DNA of 64,000 bases from Thermoanaerobaculia bacterium (lineage in GTDB: Bacteria > Acidobacteriota > Thermoanaerobaculia > Multivoradales > Multivoraceae): assembly GCA_963666565.1 (NCBI GenBank), contig OY762911.1, forward strand, positions 576,001 to 640,000, in the 5' to 3' direction. Below, piece by piece: positions 13,477 to 24,312 of the stretch; the stretch's first letter is position 1; every line of letters starts with the position of its first letter. Made by a program: the position numbers and the translations under genes. Below the pieces are notes generated by a model. That model saw only the letters and a program-made list of their open reading frames with translations. It did no database searches and was not told the DNA's origin.

Positions 13477-14031
13477 TCAGCTACGGGACTTCTCGACGTA
13501 CCGCATCCGGAGCTGCGCGAGGAGATCGTCGAGCAGCGCCGTCTCCTCGGTGGAGACGTTGCCGCGCGTCTTCTCCTGCAACACGGCCAGGAGGTCGATG
13601 TGGAGTCGTGCGCGCGGCAGATCCTGGGCGCTCCGACCGTCCGGAAGCTGGGCGTCGCCGAGCAGGAAGGCGATCGGCTCGGCGAGCACGGCGATCAGGT
13701 CCATGAAGCCCGGAGATCCCGCGGGTCCCGGCGGCATCTCGTGGGCGCCCGCGTCGGTTGCCGCGGCGCCAGCGGCAGGTTCCGCGCCGGCGGCCGTCGC
13801 TTGCCCCGGCCCGCCGGCGGGATCGGCCGGACCGCCCCGGGCGGCCGCGGCAGGCGGCGAACCGGCGGAGGCCGCCTCGCCGGGCCCGTCAGCCGGGCCG
13901 GCCGGGCGAACCGGATCGGCCTCGGGGGACGGCGGAGCGGCGCCGTCCGCGCCCTTCCGCTGCTCCAGAAAGCGGTACTCTTCGCGCAGTTCGCCGTCGT
14001 CCGTGAACATCCTTCTGTCGGTGACCTTCAC
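13477..14031 (-). CDS. DUF1844-like protein with A/P/G-rich linker
   Basis: KVTDRRMF N-terminus; C-terminal DLPRARLHIDLLAVLQEKTRGN...LRMRYVE. Confidence 0.8.
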   Translation of the reverse strand: MKVTDRRMFTDDGELREEYRFLEQRKGADGAAPPSPEADPVRPAGPADGPGEAASAGSPPAAAARGGPADPAGGPGQATAAGAEPAAGAAATDAGAHEMPPGPAGSPGFMDLIAVLAEPIAFLLGDAQLPDGRSAQDLPRARLHIDLLAVLQEKTRGNVSTEETALLDDLLAQLRMRYVEKSRS

Positions 14032-14051
14032 TTTCCGACCTCCCCGCGCGA

Positions 14052-14900
14052 ATGCAGGATCGTAACAAAGGCGAGGGCGCCGAAACCGCCCCTTGCTCGC
14101 TCGCTCCGATCGGCGAGCTGATCGACCGGCTGCGGGTCGACTGCCCCTGGGACCGCGAGCTGTCGCTGGCGGACCTGCGGGCGTACCTGATCGAAGAGGC
14201 GCACGAACTGGCGGCGGCGATCGACGAGCGCGATCCCTCGGCGATCGAGGAGGAACTGGGCGACCTGCTGTTCGAGGCGGTCTACGTCGCCCGCCTCGCC
14301 GGCGCCGAACTGGCCGACGTGGAGGAGATGCCGCTCGACGGGGCGATCCGCGCGGTGATCGACAAGATGGTCGCCCGCCACCCCCATGTGTTCGGCGGCG
14401 AGGAGGAACGCGGCAAGGCCGGCTCCGCGGCCGAGGTCGCGGCGCTCTGGGAGCGGCGAAAGCAGAGTCCGGACGACGGGCGCTCCGCGCTGGACGGCGT
14501 GCCGGCCTCCCTGCCGGCGCTCGTCGGCGCCTACCGGCTCGGCCAGAAGGCCGCCGGCGTCGGTTTCGACTGGGAGTCGCCCGGGGCCGTGCGGGCCAAG
14601 GTGGCGGAGGAACTCGGCGAACTGGACCGCGAGACGGCGGACGGGGACGGCGGCCCACCGTCCGCCGAGGCGAAGGCGAGAGTCGAGGAGGAGCTGGGCG
14701 ACGTGCTGTTCGCGGTCGCCAACCTCGCCCGCCACCTGGAGATCGATCCGGAGCGCGCGCTCGCCGGGGCGAACCGGAAGTTCCGGCGGCGCTTCGCGGC
14801 GGTCGAGGCGGGGCTCGAGGCCGGGGAGGACGGGGAGACGGAGGCCGGCAGGATGGAGCGGATGGAGCGGTTGTGGGAAGAGGCGAAGCGGGGCGAGTAG
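14052..14900 (+). CDS. mazG: Nucleoside triphosphate pyrophosphohydrolase MazG
   Basis: CPWDRE, LIEEAHE, EELGDLLF, RHPHVFG, second EELGDVLF, NRKFRRRF. Confidence 0.95.
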   Translation: MQDRNKGEGAETAPCSLAPIGELIDRLRVDCPWDRELSLADLRAYLIEEAHELAAAIDERDPSAIEEELGDLLFEAVYVARLAGAELADVEEMPLDGAIRAVIDKMVARHPHVFGGEEERGKAGSAAEVAALWERRKQSPDDGRSALDGVPASLPALVGAYRLGQKAAGVGFDWESPGAVRAKVAEELGELDRETADGDGGPPSAEAKARVEEELGDVLFAVANLARHLEIDPERALAGANRKFRRRFAAVEAGLEAGEDGETEAGRMERMERLWEEAKRGE

Positions 14901-14907
14901 CGCCGGG

Positions 14908-16137
14908 CTACAACTGGGGCGGCGGGGGCGCTTCCAGGATCAGCAGATCCAGCGCGTCTTCCAGGGCCGGGTCCGAGCCGTCTTCGGGCTCGCCGCCGTA
15001 GAGCGCGTTCACCCGGTTGTCGCTCTCGACGCGAATGCGGTCGTTGAGCCGCTCGCCTTCGGGGTCCGTGTAGAAGGCGTCGGTCGTCTCCAGCAGGCCG
15101 CCGCCGTTCGCCAGTTCGATCTGCCGCAGCGTGCCGGCATGGCCGAAGGTCGATTCGCCCAGGTGCCCGGCTTCGACCGCCTGGAGCAGGACGGCGGTCA
15201 GAACCTCGGCCGGCCCCTGGGAGCTCCGGTCGGTCAGGACGTCGATGTCGCCCGAGTACAGGCCGCCCGCGCCCACGAAGGTCGCCAGCTTCCGGTCCGC
15301 GCGGTCGAGCAGGCTGCCCAGCTCGCCCTCGGCGAACAGGCCGGCGACGGCGTAGGCGGCCTCGAAGGAACCTCCCGCGACGCCGCGGACGTCGATCAGC
15401 AGGGAGTCGCCGGCGTAGCCGTCGACCAACTCCTCCACCCGGGCCGCCGTGCCGGCGTCGAAGCTGGAGATCCTCAGCACGCCGACTCCCCGGACCTCCT
15501 CGAACTCCGGCGGCGCCGGATCGTACTCGTCCAGGATCAGCGTCGCCTCGACGCTGTCGCCGCGCCGCACCAGTTCCAGGTTCAGTTCGGAACCGGCCGG
15601 ACCGGCGAGCTGGCGCCGCAGTTCCCACAGCGGCATCGCGCGGGACGAGCGGCCGTTGATGCCGGCCACGATGTCGCCCCGCTCGAGGCCCGCCTTCTCG
15701 GCCGGACCGCCGTAGTCGACGGCGACCACGTAAGCCGTGCCGCGCTCCTTCAGCACAAGGACGCCCGAGTGCCGGCGGCCCACCTCGGCCGCGGCGCGGT
15801 ACGACTCGACCTCGCTCGCCGGCACGTAGACCGAGAACGGATCCAGGGCGTCCGTCACGCCGTCCAGGGATCCCGCCAGCAGGCGCCGGCCCTCGGGCTC
15901 TTCGACGTACGAGCCGCGGACGTGCTGCAGCACCTCTTCCCACAACGTGAGGTACTTGTAGATCGAGTCCCGCCCGCCGCCTTCCGGGTCGTCGCTGGCG
16001 CCCAGCCAGGCGCCGCCGGCGAGGCCCAGCAGCAGGAGCAGGAACAGGCCGGCGAACGCCAGCCGGCCGCGGCCGGACCCGCGGGCGCCGGTCGCCGACG
16101 GCCGCTCGCTGGCGTCACGATTCCGGTTGGGATGCAT
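14908..16137 (-). CDS. S41-family (CtpA-like) PDZ peptidase homologue
   Basis: TM anchor; LDPFSVY; PDZ GPAEKAGLERGD; LLIDVRG; SQGPAE at the usual SASASE position; GESTFG. Confidence 0.8.
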   Translation of the reverse strand: MHPNRNRDASERPSATGARGSGRGRLAFAGLFLLLLLGLAGGAWLGASDDPEGGGRDSIYKYLTLWEEVLQHVRGSYVEEPEGRRLLAGSLDGVTDALDPFSVYVPASEVESYRAAAEVGRRHSGVLVLKERGTAYVVAVDYGGPAEKAGLERGDIVAGINGRSSRAMPLWELRRQLAGPAGSELNLELVRRGDSVEATLILDEYDPAPPEFEEVRGVGVLRISSFDAGTAARVEELVDGYAGDSLLIDVRGVAGGSFEAAYAVAGLFAEGELGSLLDRADRKLATFVGAGGLYSGDIDVLTDRSSQGPAEVLTAVLLQAVEAGHLGESTFGHAGTLRQIELANGGGLLETTDAFYTDPEGERLNDRIRVESDNRVNALYGGEPEDGSDPALEDALDLLILEAPPPPQL

Positions 16138-16180
16138 GGCCGTTCGAAGGCAAGCGCGACTCGCGCCGCGGACTGCCGGA

Positions 16181-16519
16181 TCAGGCGAGCGAGGCGACCG
16201 CCTCGTCCTCGTCCTCCAGGATGTCCAGCACGGTGACCAACTGGGTGATCTGGAGCACGCCCAGCACCCGGCCCGGCAGGGAGAAGAGGCGCAGCTTGCC
16301 GCCCCGGTTGGTGACCGTGGTGTAGGCCGCGACCAGCTCGCCGACGCCGGAGGAGTCGATGGAACGCACGCGCCCCATGTTGAGCAGGATGTTCACGGCG
16401 CCGTCGGCGACCGCCGCCTGGACGGCCTCCCTCAGAGCCACGTCGCCCTCGCCAATGGTGATCCTGCCCTGGAGATCGAGGATCGTCGCTCCATCCCGCT
16501 GGCGCTTGTCAATCTTCAT
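16181..16519 (-). CDS. STAS-domain anti-sigma factor antagonist
   Basis: LDLQGRITIGEG, IDSSGVGELV, LQITQL. Confidence 0.92.
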   Translation of the reverse strand: MKIDKRQRDGATILDLQGRITIGEGDVALREAVQAAVADGAVNILLNMGRVRSIDSSGVGELVAAYTTVTNRGGKLRLFSLPGRVLGVLQITQLVTVLDILEDEDEAVASLA

Positions 16520-16981
16520 TCAGTCCTCCTGGTCTGCCTCGACCGCCGCCCCGGCGGCGCCGAACTTCTTCTGAAGCCGGACCTTCGTGCCGCCGCCGGC
16601 GCCGAAATCGTAGTCGATCTTATCCATGAACTTCCGCATGTAGAAGATCCCCCTGCCCTCCGTCTTCAGCAGGTTGTCGGGGGCCAGCGGATCGGCGACC
16701 GCGCTCGGGTCGAAGCCGCTGCCCCGGTCCTCCACCGTGATGTCGATGCCGCTCTCGTCCACCGCCAGGCACACCTCCACCTTCTTCTCCGGATCGAGCC
16801 CGTTGCCGTGCTTCATCGCGTTCGTCAGCGCTTCCCGCAGCGCGATCCCCATCCAGTAGCCCGCGTCTTCGTCGAGCGGCAGGGACGCGAGCGTCTCGTC
16901 CAGGACCGCCTGCACCAGTTCGATGTTCTCGTACCGGCTGCCGATGGAGAGCCGAATCGTGCGCTCAACGGGTTCCGGCAC
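16520..16981 (-). CDS. RsbW-like anti-sigma kinase (HATPase)
   Basis: EALTNAMKHGN, DRGSGFD, GRGIFYMRKFMD. Confidence 0.92.
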   Translation of the reverse strand: MPEPVERTIRLSIGSRYENIELVQAVLDETLASLPLDEDAGYWMGIALREALTNAMKHGNGLDPEKKVEVCLAVDESGIDITVEDRGSGFDPSAVADPLAPDNLLKTEGRGIFYMRKFMDKIDYDFGAGGGTKVRLQKKFGAAGAAVEADQED

Positions 16982-16994
16982 GGCAGCCTCCGCC

Positions 16995-17483
16995 TCAGGA
17001 ACGGGCCCGGGTGGCGCCGCGCTGGTGCTGGTACCGGCTTCCGGCGCCCGGTTCCCCGTACGCGGTCTCCGGCTCGGACTCCATCGCGATGAAGATCAAC
17101 TGGGCGATGCGGCGGCCGGCGTCGAGCACGAACGGCACCGGGCCGAGGTTCTGCAGCTCCAGGGTGATGTTCCCCTCGAACCCGGGGTCGCACCAGCCGG
17201 CCAGCGAGTGGTTGATCCACAGCCGGCCCAGCGTCGACTTGAGCTTCAGGTCGCAGGCCACCGAGCGCGGAATCCGCACGAACTCCAGGGTGGTGGCGAG
17301 CACCACCTCGCTCGGGAACAGCTTGATCCGGTCGCCGTGGAACTCCTCCGGGTCGCGGGTGGGGCAGATCCAGTGATCGCCGACGCGGACGTCGTAGCTG
17401 GCGGAGTTCACCTGCTCCGGCTTGAAGGGATCGACGCCGCCGGCCTCGCCCCAGGCGCGGATCCAGTGGTCCGGCTTGATCAT
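16995..17483 (-). CDS. dcd: dCTP deaminase
   Basis: QVNSASYDVR, KSTLGR, DPGFEGNITLE, RIAQLIF, RYQHQRG. Confidence 0.92.
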   Translation of the reverse strand: MIKPDHWIRAWGEAGGVDPFKPEQVNSASYDVRVGDHWICPTRDPEEFHGDRIKLFPSEVVLATTLEFVRIPRSVACDLKLKSTLGRLWINHSLAGWCDPGFEGNITLELQNLGPVPFVLDAGRRIAQLIFIAMESEPETAYGEPGAGSRYQHQRGATRARS

Positions 17484-17501
17484 CGTTGCGCCGCCCCCGC
17501 C

Positions 17502-18476
17502 TCAGTGGAAGAACACGGGGCCCCGGTCGTCGCCCCGGTGGATCGTCTCGACGAAGCGGATCGCGCCCTCGGCGAGCGACATGAGCAGGGTCGAGGTCCG
17601 GTGGCCGCCGCCCTCGAAGCGGACGCCGCGCAGGAGGTCGCCGCCGGTGACGCCGGTGCAGCAGAACAGGATGTCCTCGCCCGGCGCCAGTTCCTCCGTG
17701 GTGCAGATCCGGTCGGGATCCTCGATGTCGAACTCGGCGAGCCGCCGCTCCTGCTCGTCGGACAGCGCCGACAGCCGGCCCTGGATCTCGCCGCCGAGGC
17801 AGCGCATCGCCGCCGCCGTGATGACCCCTTCCGGCGCCCCGCCTGTGCCGATCACCGCGTGGACGCCAGTGCCGCGAACCGCGGCCGCGATGCCCGTCGA
17901 CAGATCGCCGTCGCCGATCAGCTTGATCCGGGCGCCCGCGGTCCGGATGTCGTCGATCAGCCCGCGGTGCCGGTCCCGGTCGAGCACGACCACGGTCAGC
18001 GCGCTGACCGCGCAGTCGAAAGCGCCGGCGATCGCGTTCAGGTTGTCCTCGACGGGCGCGTCCAGGTCGACGCGTCCCCGCGCGGTGGGACCGACGACGA
18101 TCTTGTCCATGTAGATGTCCGGCGCGTGAAGCAGGCCGCCGCGCTCGGAGGCGGCGAGCACCGCCATCGCGTCGGACGCGCCGGTCGCGCAGAGATTCGT
18201 CCCCTCCAGCGGATCGACCGCGAAGTCGACCGGCAGGTCGCCGGCGGCCCGGCGGCCGACCTCTTCGCCGACGTAGAGCATCGGCGCCTTGTCCCGTTCT
18301 CCCTCGCCGATCACGACCCGGCCGTCGATCGCCATGCCGGCCAGTGCCTCGCGCATCGCCTCCACCGCGACGTGATCCGAGTGGCGCCGGTCGCCGTAGC
18401 CCATCGTCTGGGCCGCCGCCACCGCCGCGGCCTCGGTGACGGCGACGAAGTCGTGCTCGCGCAGGCCTCCCGTCAC
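17502..18476 (-). CDS. glpX: Class II fructose-1,6-bisphosphatase
   Basis: [37 protein letters not shown]; GTG start overlaps the upstream stop. Confidence 0.95.
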   Translation of the reverse strand: MTGGLREHDFVAVTEAAAVAAAQTMGYGDRRHSDHVAVEAMREALAGMAIDGRVVIGEGERDKAPMLYVGEEVGRRAAGDLPVDFAVDPLEGTNLCATGASDAMAVLAASERGGLLHAPDIYMDKIVVGPTARGRVDLDAPVEDNLNAIAGAFDCAVSALTVVVLDRDRHRGLIDDIRTAGARIKLIGDGDLSTGIAAAVRGTGVHAVIGTGGAPEGVITAAAMRCLGGEIQGRLSALSDEQERRLAEFDIEDPDRICTTEELAPGEDILFCCTGVTGGDLLRGVRFEGGGHRTSTLLMSLAEGAIRFVETIHRGDDRGPVFFH

Positions 18477-19747
18477 GCGCCGGCCCCGGCCGCCGCCGCC
18501 AGCTCCGGCCGCGCCTCGGTTTCCCGCGCCTGCGCGCGGCTCATCGGCGGATTGAAGGAGGGAATGCCGGTCACCGCGGCGCCGATCACCAGGCCGTGGA
18601 TGTCGTGCGTGCCCTCGTAGGTGTAGACCGACTCGATGTTCAGCATGTGGCGCACCACCGGATACTCGTCGGAGATGCCGTTGGCGCCCAGGATCTCCCG
18701 CGCCAGCTTCGCGCACTCGCGCGCCACCCAGACGTTGTTCCGCTTGCACATGGAGACGTGCTGCGGTTCCATCGTGCCGGCCGTCTTGAGGCCCGCCAAC
18801 TGGCGGACGAGGAACTGGCCCTTCGTGATCTCCGTGATCATCCACGCCAGCTTCTCCTGCACGAGCTGGTGGCTGGCGATCGGCTGGCCGGCGAACTGCA
18901 CCCGCTGGCGGGCGTACTCGAGCGCCGTGTGGTAGCACTCCATCGCCGACCCCAGACCGCCCCAGCAGATGCCGTAACGCGCCTGGTTCAGGGTCTGGAG
19001 CGCGCTGCCCACGCCGCGGGTGCCCGGCAGGATGTTCTCGGCCGGAATCCGGCAGTTCTGGAACGAGAGCTCGCCGGTCGCCGAGGCCCGCAGCGAGAAC
19101 TTGCCGTGCATCTCGGCGCTCGCGAAGCCGTCCGTCCCCTTCTCGACGAGAAAGCCGCGGATCCCCTCGTCCGTGCGCGCCCAGACGACCGCCACGTCGG
19201 CGACGTTGCCGTTCGTGATCCACTGCTTGGCGCCGTTCAGCACCCAGCAGTCCCCGTCCCGCCGCGCACGCGTCCGCATCGCCGAGGGGTTCGAGCCGAA
19301 GTCCGGCTCGGTGAGCCCGAAGCAGCCGATCAGGCGGCCGCTCGCCAGCCCCGGGATGAAGCGGTCCTTCTGCTCCTTCGAGCCGAAGGTCAGGATCGGG
19401 TACATGACCAGGGAGCTCTGGACCGAGACCATGCTGCGGACGCCCGAGTCTCCGCGCTCGAGCTCCTGCATGACCAGGCCGTACGCCACGTCGCCCAGGC
19501 CCGGCAGCCCGTACTCGGTGAAGTTCGCCCCGAACAGGTTCAGGTCGCCCATCTCGGGAGCGAGTTCCATCGGCGCCCGCGCCTCGCGGTGGCACTGCTC
19601 GATGATCGGCTTCACCCGCTCGTCGACGAACTGGCGGACGGTGTCCCTGATCAGCCGCTCCTCGCCGCTGAGCAGCGAATCGAAGTTCATGAAATCAACG
19701 CCGGGGAATCGCTCCAAGGCCTCGCTCCTGGTGGTTTGCGGCAGCAC
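18473..19747 (-). CDS. Acyl-CoA dehydrogenase, glutaryl-CoA dehydrogenase-like
   Basis: [39 protein letters not shown]; start uncertain. Confidence 0.9.
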   Translation of the reverse strand: MLPQTTRSEALERFPGVDFMNFDSLLSGEERLIRDTVRQFVDERVKPIIEQCHREARAPMELAPEMGDLNLFGANFTEYGLPGLGDVAYGLVMQELERGDSGVRSMVSVQSSLVMYPILTFGSKEQKDRFIPGLASGRLIGCFGLTEPDFGSNPSAMRTRARRDGDCWVLNGAKQWITNGNVADVAVVWARTDEGIRGFLVEKGTDGFASAEMHGKFSLRASATGELSFQNCRIPAENILPGTRGVGSALQTLNQARYGICWGGLGSAMECYHTALEYARQRVQFAGQPIASHQLVQEKLAWMITEITKGQFLVRQLAGLKTAGTMEPQHVSMCKRNNVWVARECAKLAREILGANGISDEYPVVRHMLNIESVYTYEGTHDIHGLVIGAAVTGIPSFNPPMSRAQARETEARPELAAAAGAGA

Positions 19748-19832
19748 CGAACCCTAGCAGCCGGCGCGCCGCCCGCCAGGAGGCTGCGTCGCTCAACGCA
19801 GCGAGGCGGCGTCGGACGTACCCGCCCGTCCT

Positions 19833-19993
19833 GGGTCAGGAGGGGTCGGCGCCCAGGTGACGCTCGCGCTCCAGAGGAGAATGGGAGGGGTTGCGCCCGC
19901 TCCGCTTCACTCGCTCCGGTTCGGCGTCGGCTTCCGGGAAGGCGTCGGCCGTCGCTCGTTCAGAGGCGCCTGGGCGCCGACCCCTCCTGACCC
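19833..19993. mobile_element. MITE-like element with perfect 25-bp terminal inverted repeats
   Basis: gggtcaggaggggtcggcgcccagg (19833-19857) / cctgggcgccgacccctcctgaccc (19969-19993). Confidence 0.75.
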
Positions 19994-20173
19994 GACTGGG
20001 CTGGACGCCGGTGCCTGGGGCAAACATGGGGCCTGCGACAGGTGGACGGCTAGGAGCTTGCGCCGCAGAACGCAGCGCAGCAAGTCTGCGGCGCAAGCGC
20101 CGCCGTGCGGACGGGATGGGCCGAAACACCGAGTACCGCGAGGGGTTTCGGGGCGCTAGCATCCGGTTCCGCC

Positions 20174-21016
20174 GTGACCTGGATCCGACTCCTCCTGCCG
20201 CTTCTCGCCGGCGTCGCCTGCGCCTGGTGGATCGACCGCTCGACGACGGTGCGGGGGTTGCTGCCGCCGGGCTTCGCGGGCGCCTCGCGCGAAGCCGTTC
20301 GCCGGCGCCTCTGGGCCACGGCGCTGCTGGCGCTCGTGCTCTGGGTCGGCGTGTTCGCCGCCGCCGGCCAGATCGGCCTGCCGTCGCCCGTCGAGGACAT
20401 CGATCTGGAGAGCCTGTCCCCCCTGAACCTGTTCCTGACTCACGCGATCCTCGTCGCGACGCTGACGGCGTGGATGGTCCTCGGCTACTGGCGCTGCGGC
20501 CACGACGCCCGAACCGTCGTCGCGACCCAGCTCGGTCTGCGCACCCGCGCCGGCCAGTCGATCTCCGCCGAAGTCGGGCTCGGACTCGGCGCCGGCGTCG
20601 TCCTGTGGGGCGGCGTACTCGCCGTCGTGCTCCTGGCGGCCCTGATCGTCGGCGCCATCGGCGGCTTCGAGAACCTCCCCGACGAGGCGCCGACGATGGT
20701 CCTCTGGATGGGTAGCCTGCCGGTACTGATCCGGCTCCTGCTCAGCCTCTCCGCCGGCGTCGTCGAGGAGATCTTCTTCCGCGGCTTCCTCATGCCCAGA
20801 GCCGGCTTCGCGACCTCGAACGTCCTGTTCGTACTCGGCCACATGAACTACCAGCAGCCGCTCATGCTGCTGGGCGTCGCCCTGCTCTCCGTCGCCTTCA
20901 GCTACCTCACCCTCTGGCGAGGCAACATCTGGCCCGCCATCGCCGCCCACTTCCTGTTCGACGCGATCCAGTTGCTCATCGTCGTCCCCTCCGCCGCCGG
21001 CGCCGCAGGGGGTTAG
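20174..21016 (+). CDS. CPBP (CAAX protease-like) intramembrane metalloprotease
   Basis: EEIFFRG, FVLGH, AIAAHFLFD; multiple TM helices; start uncertain. Confidence 0.88.
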   Translation: MTWIRLLLPLLAGVACAWWIDRSTTVRGLLPPGFAGASREAVRRRLWATALLALVLWVGVFAAAGQIGLPSPVEDIDLESLSPLNLFLTHAILVATLTAWMVLGYWRCGHDARTVVATQLGLRTRAGQSISAEVGLGLGAGVVLWGGVLAVVLLAALIVGAIGGFENLPDEAPTMVLWMGSLPVLIRLLLSLSAGVVEEIFFRGFLMPRAGFATSNVLFVLGHMNYQQPLMLLGVALLSVAFSYLTLWRGNIWPAIAAHFLFDAIQLLIVVPSAAGAAGG

Positions 21017-21046
21017 CCGCCGGCGACCGCGACATTGTCATCGGCC

Positions 21047-22246
21047 TCAGACCAGCAGGCCGGCGATCGTCGCCGTCTGCAGGCAAGCGAGGGTGCCGGC
21101 GATCATCGCGCGGAGGCCGAGGCTCGCCAGTTCGCTCTTGCGTTCCGGGGCGATGCCGCCGATGCCGCCGATCTGGATCGCGATCGACGAGAAGTTCGAG
21201 AAGCCGCACAGTGCGTAGGTGGCGATGACCCGTGACTTCTCGGACAAACGGTTCTCGGCCGAGATGTCCTCGAACCGCGAGTAGGCGACGAACTCGTTGG
21301 CCGCGGTCTTGAGGCCAAGGAGCGTTCCCACCGCGTCCGCTTCCGCCCACGGCACCCCCATGACCCAGGCCAGGGGCCGGAACAGGAAGCCGAGGATCAT
21401 CTCCAGGTTCAGGCCGGGAAGGCCGATCCAGCCCCCCACCGGGGCGAGCAGGCCATTCGCCAGCGCCACCAGGGCGATGAACGCGAGCAGCATGGCACCG
21501 ACGTTCAGCGCCAGCTTCAGGCCGTCGCCGGCGCCCTGGGCGGCGGCGTCGATCATGTTGGCCCAGGGCGTCTTCACCTTGAAGTCGGCCTTCGCGGGAA
21601 CGCGCCCGGTTTCCGTCTCCGGGACCATCAGTTTGGCCATGACGAGAGCCGCCGGCGCCGACATGACGCTCGCCGCGATCAGGTGGCCGGCCGAGATGCC
21701 CATGCCGACGTATGCGGCAAGAACGCCGCCGGCGACCGTGGCGAAGCCGCCGGTCATCACCGCCATCAGCTCCGAGCGGGTCATGCCGCCGACGTAGGAG
21801 CGGATCAGGAGCGGCGCCTCCGTCTGACCCACGAAGATGTTCGCGGAAGCGGACAGCGACTCGGGACCGGACGTGCCCATCGCCTTCGTCATCACCACGG
21901 CGAAGACCTTGACCACCCGCTGGATGACGCCGAGGTGGTAGAGCACGGCGACCACGCTCGAGAAGAAGATGATCGTCGGCAGCACCCGGAAGGCGAAGGG
22001 AACGTGGTCGAACCCCTGGCCGAAGACGAACCGCGAACCGTCGTCGGCAAAGGTCAGGAACGTCGTCACGACATCCGTGGCGACCGCGAAGAACGCCTCC
22101 CCGGGGGCCGTCTTCAGAATCAGCAGCGCGAGGGCGAACTGGATCGCGATGCCCGTGACCACGGTCCGCCAGCGGACCTGGAAGCGGTTCGTGGAGATCA
22201 GCCAGGCGATGCCCGGGATGACGAGGAGTCCGATCAGCCCCGTCAT
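21047..22246 (-). CDS. NupC/CNT-family nucleoside transporter
   Basis: [53 protein letters not shown]. Confidence 0.93.
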   Translation of the reverse strand: MTGLIGLLVIPGIAWLISTNRFQVRWRTVVTGIAIQFALALLILKTAPGEAFFAVATDVVTTFLTFADDGSRFVFGQGFDHVPFAFRVLPTIIFFSSVVAVLYHLGVIQRVVKVFAVVMTKAMGTSGPESLSASANIFVGQTEAPLLIRSYVGGMTRSELMAVMTGGFATVAGGVLAAYVGMGISAGHLIAASVMSAPAALVMAKLMVPETETGRVPAKADFKVKTPWANMIDAAAQGAGDGLKLALNVGAMLLAFIALVALANGLLAPVGGWIGLPGLNLEMILGFLFRPLAWVMGVPWAEADAVGTLLGLKTAANEFVAYSRFEDISAENRLSEKSRVIATYALCGFSNFSSIAIQIGGIGGIAPERKSELASLGLRAMIAGTLACLQTATIAGLLV

Positions 22247-22345
22247 CGCGCGGCTCGGTCGAACGCTCCCGGCACGTTCCCTCGGCGCGCCCTGGAGGCG
22301 CCCCTCGCCGGTCCCGGTGCTAAGGCGGTCCCTGCCAAGGGAGAA

Positions 22346-23278
22346 CTACGGACCGCTCGCCTTCAGGAAGCTGAAGTAGTCGCTGTCGGTCGAGACGACC
22401 AGCCAGGTGTTCGGGTCGATCGTCGTCTCGAACGCCTCCATCGTGCGCAGGAACTCGTAGAAGTTGCGCGACTGGACCGACTGGTTGTAGGCCGAGGCGT
22501 AGATCTCGGTGGCCTCGGCGTCGGCCCGGCCCCGGATCTCGGTCGCCTGGCGGTAGGCCTCGGACTCGATCCGCTTCAGGTCGCGGTCCATGTTGCCGAG
22601 AATCTCCGAGGCCTGACCCTGGCCCTGGGAGCGGAAGCGGTCGGCGATCCGCTGCCGTTCCGAAATCATCCGGTTGAAGACGTCCGGCTCGACCTGCTCG
22701 CCGTAGTTGATGCGGCGGAACTGCACGTCCAGGACCTGAATGCCGAGATCGTCGGTCCGGGTCTGCGCCGCGGCCAGGATGTCCTGCCGGATCTTGTCCC
22801 GGCCGGTGACGATCTCCTCCAGGCCGCCGCCGGCGTCCGGGTACGACTCGTCGGCCGCCGCCTCGCGGTTCGAGCTGCGGATGACCTCGATCAGGTCGTG
22901 GTTGGCGATCGCGTTCCGGGTCTCGCCGTCCAGGATGTCGTCGAGCCGCGACTGCGCGCCGCGCTCGTCGCGCAGCCGCTGGAAGAACAGCAGCGGATCC
23001 GAGATCCGCCATCGGGCGTAGGTGTCGACGAAGATGAAGACCTTGTCGCGGGTGGGCAACTCCTCCGCGGAGCCCTGCCACTCCAGGAAGCGGCGGTCGA
23101 AGTACTGCGCGTTCCGCCAGGGCAACTTGAACTTGAGCCCCGGCGTGTCGATCGCGTCGCCGACGGGAGCGCCGAACTCGGTGATGATCGCCTGGCGGTC
23201 CTCCCGCACGATGAACAGCGACAGGTTGGCCAGCAGCAGCAGCCCCAGGGCCAGAATCACGACGACGATCCTCTTCAC
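22346..23278 (-). CDS. hflC: FtsH protease modulator HflC
   Basis: QAIITEFG, PGLKFKLP, RWRISDP, RMISERQRIA, FYEFLRT; GTG start overlaps the hflK stop. Confidence 0.93.
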   Translation of the reverse strand: MKRIVVVILALGLLLLANLSLFIVREDRQAIITEFGAPVGDAIDTPGLKFKLPWRNAQYFDRRFLEWQGSAEELPTRDKVFIFVDTYARWRISDPLLFFQRLRDERGAQSRLDDILDGETRNAIANHDLIEVIRSSNREAAADESYPDAGGGLEEIVTGRDKIRQDILAAAQTRTDDLGIQVLDVQFRRINYGEQVEPDVFNRMISERQRIADRFRSQGQGQASEILGNMDRDLKRIESEAYRQATEIRGRADAEATEIYASAYNQSVQSRNFYEFLRTMEAFETTIDPNTWLVVSTDSDYFSFLKASGP

Positions 23279-24312
23279 GGCGTTCCCTCCCCGGCCTGCT
23301 GGGCCGCGACCTGCCGGCTCGTCCGCGCCGTGCTGACTCCCTCGAAGCTCATGATCGGCGTCAGGCCGTCCACGTCCTCGTCGACGACGATCTTCCGGCC
23401 GACCTTCGGCAGCACCCGCTCCATCGTCTCGATGAACAGCCGCTTCCGCGTCACTTCCGGCGCCTGGCGGAACTCCTCGTAGAGGGCGTTGAAGCGCGTC
23501 GCGTCGCCCTGGGCGCGGTTGACCCGGTCGAGCGCGTAGCCCTCCGCCTGCTGGATCGTCTGCAGCGCCTGGCCCTCGGCCCGGGGGATGACCCGGTTGT
23601 ATTCGGCCTCGGCTTCGTTGACCAGGCGCTCGAGCTCCTGCTCGGCCTGATTGACCGCGTTGAAGGAGGGCTTGACCGGCTCGGGCGGGTTGTTGCTCTG
23701 GAGCACGACCTGATCGATATCGATCCCGGTCTCGTACTGGTCGCAGAGCGCCTGCAATTCGAGCTTGACCGTGCCTTCGATGTCGGCCCGGCCGACAGTG
23801 AGCACCTCGTTCACCGTGCGGTCGCCGACCACCTTGCGCATGACCGCCTCGCTCATGTCGCGGAAGGTGCCGTCCAGGTTGCGGACCCGGTACAGGTAGC
23901 GGTACGGGTCGACGACCCGGTACTGCACGACCCATTCGACCACCGCCGCGTTCAGGTCGCCGGTCAGCATGTTCGCCTCTTCGGCGTTGCCCACGAAGGA
24001 GCTGCGCACCGCCACGTTCTCGCTGCGGAAACCGAACTCCTGCTTCAACTGGCGCCTCACCGGGACCTTCTCCAGTTGGTCGACCACCGGGATCTTGAAG
24101 TTCAGCCCCGGTTCCTTGGTGCCGGCGTACTTGCCGAGACGCAGGATCACTCCCACTTCCTCGGGCTGCACCGTGTAGACGCTGTTCAGCGCAAGCAGGC
24201 CGACCACGACGACCAGCGCGACGATCTTCAGACCGCCCAGCCGCTCGCGCAGGACCTTCGTTACGTTGCCTAGATCGAGCGGACTGTCGCCGCCGGGAAA
24301 GTTGTCTGCCAT
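23275..24312 (-). CDS. hflK: FtsH protease modulator HflK
   Basis: YTVQPEEVGVILRLGK, MLTGDLN, PPEPVKPSF, APEVTRKRL. Confidence 0.93.
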   Translation of the reverse strand: MADNFPGGDSPLDLGNVTKVLRERLGGLKIVALVVVVGLLALNSVYTVQPEEVGVILRLGKYAGTKEPGLNFKIPVVDQLEKVPVRRQLKQEFGFRSENVAVRSSFVGNAEEANMLTGDLNAAVVEWVVQYRVVDPYRYLYRVRNLDGTFRDMSEAVMRKVVGDRTVNEVLTVGRADIEGTVKLELQALCDQYETGIDIDQVVLQSNNPPEPVKPSFNAVNQAEQELERLVNEAEAEYNRVIPRAEGQALQTIQQAEGYALDRVNRAQGDATRFNALYEEFRQAPEVTRKRLFIETMERVLPKVGRKIVVDEDVDGLTPIMSFEGVSTARTSRQVAAQQAGEGTP

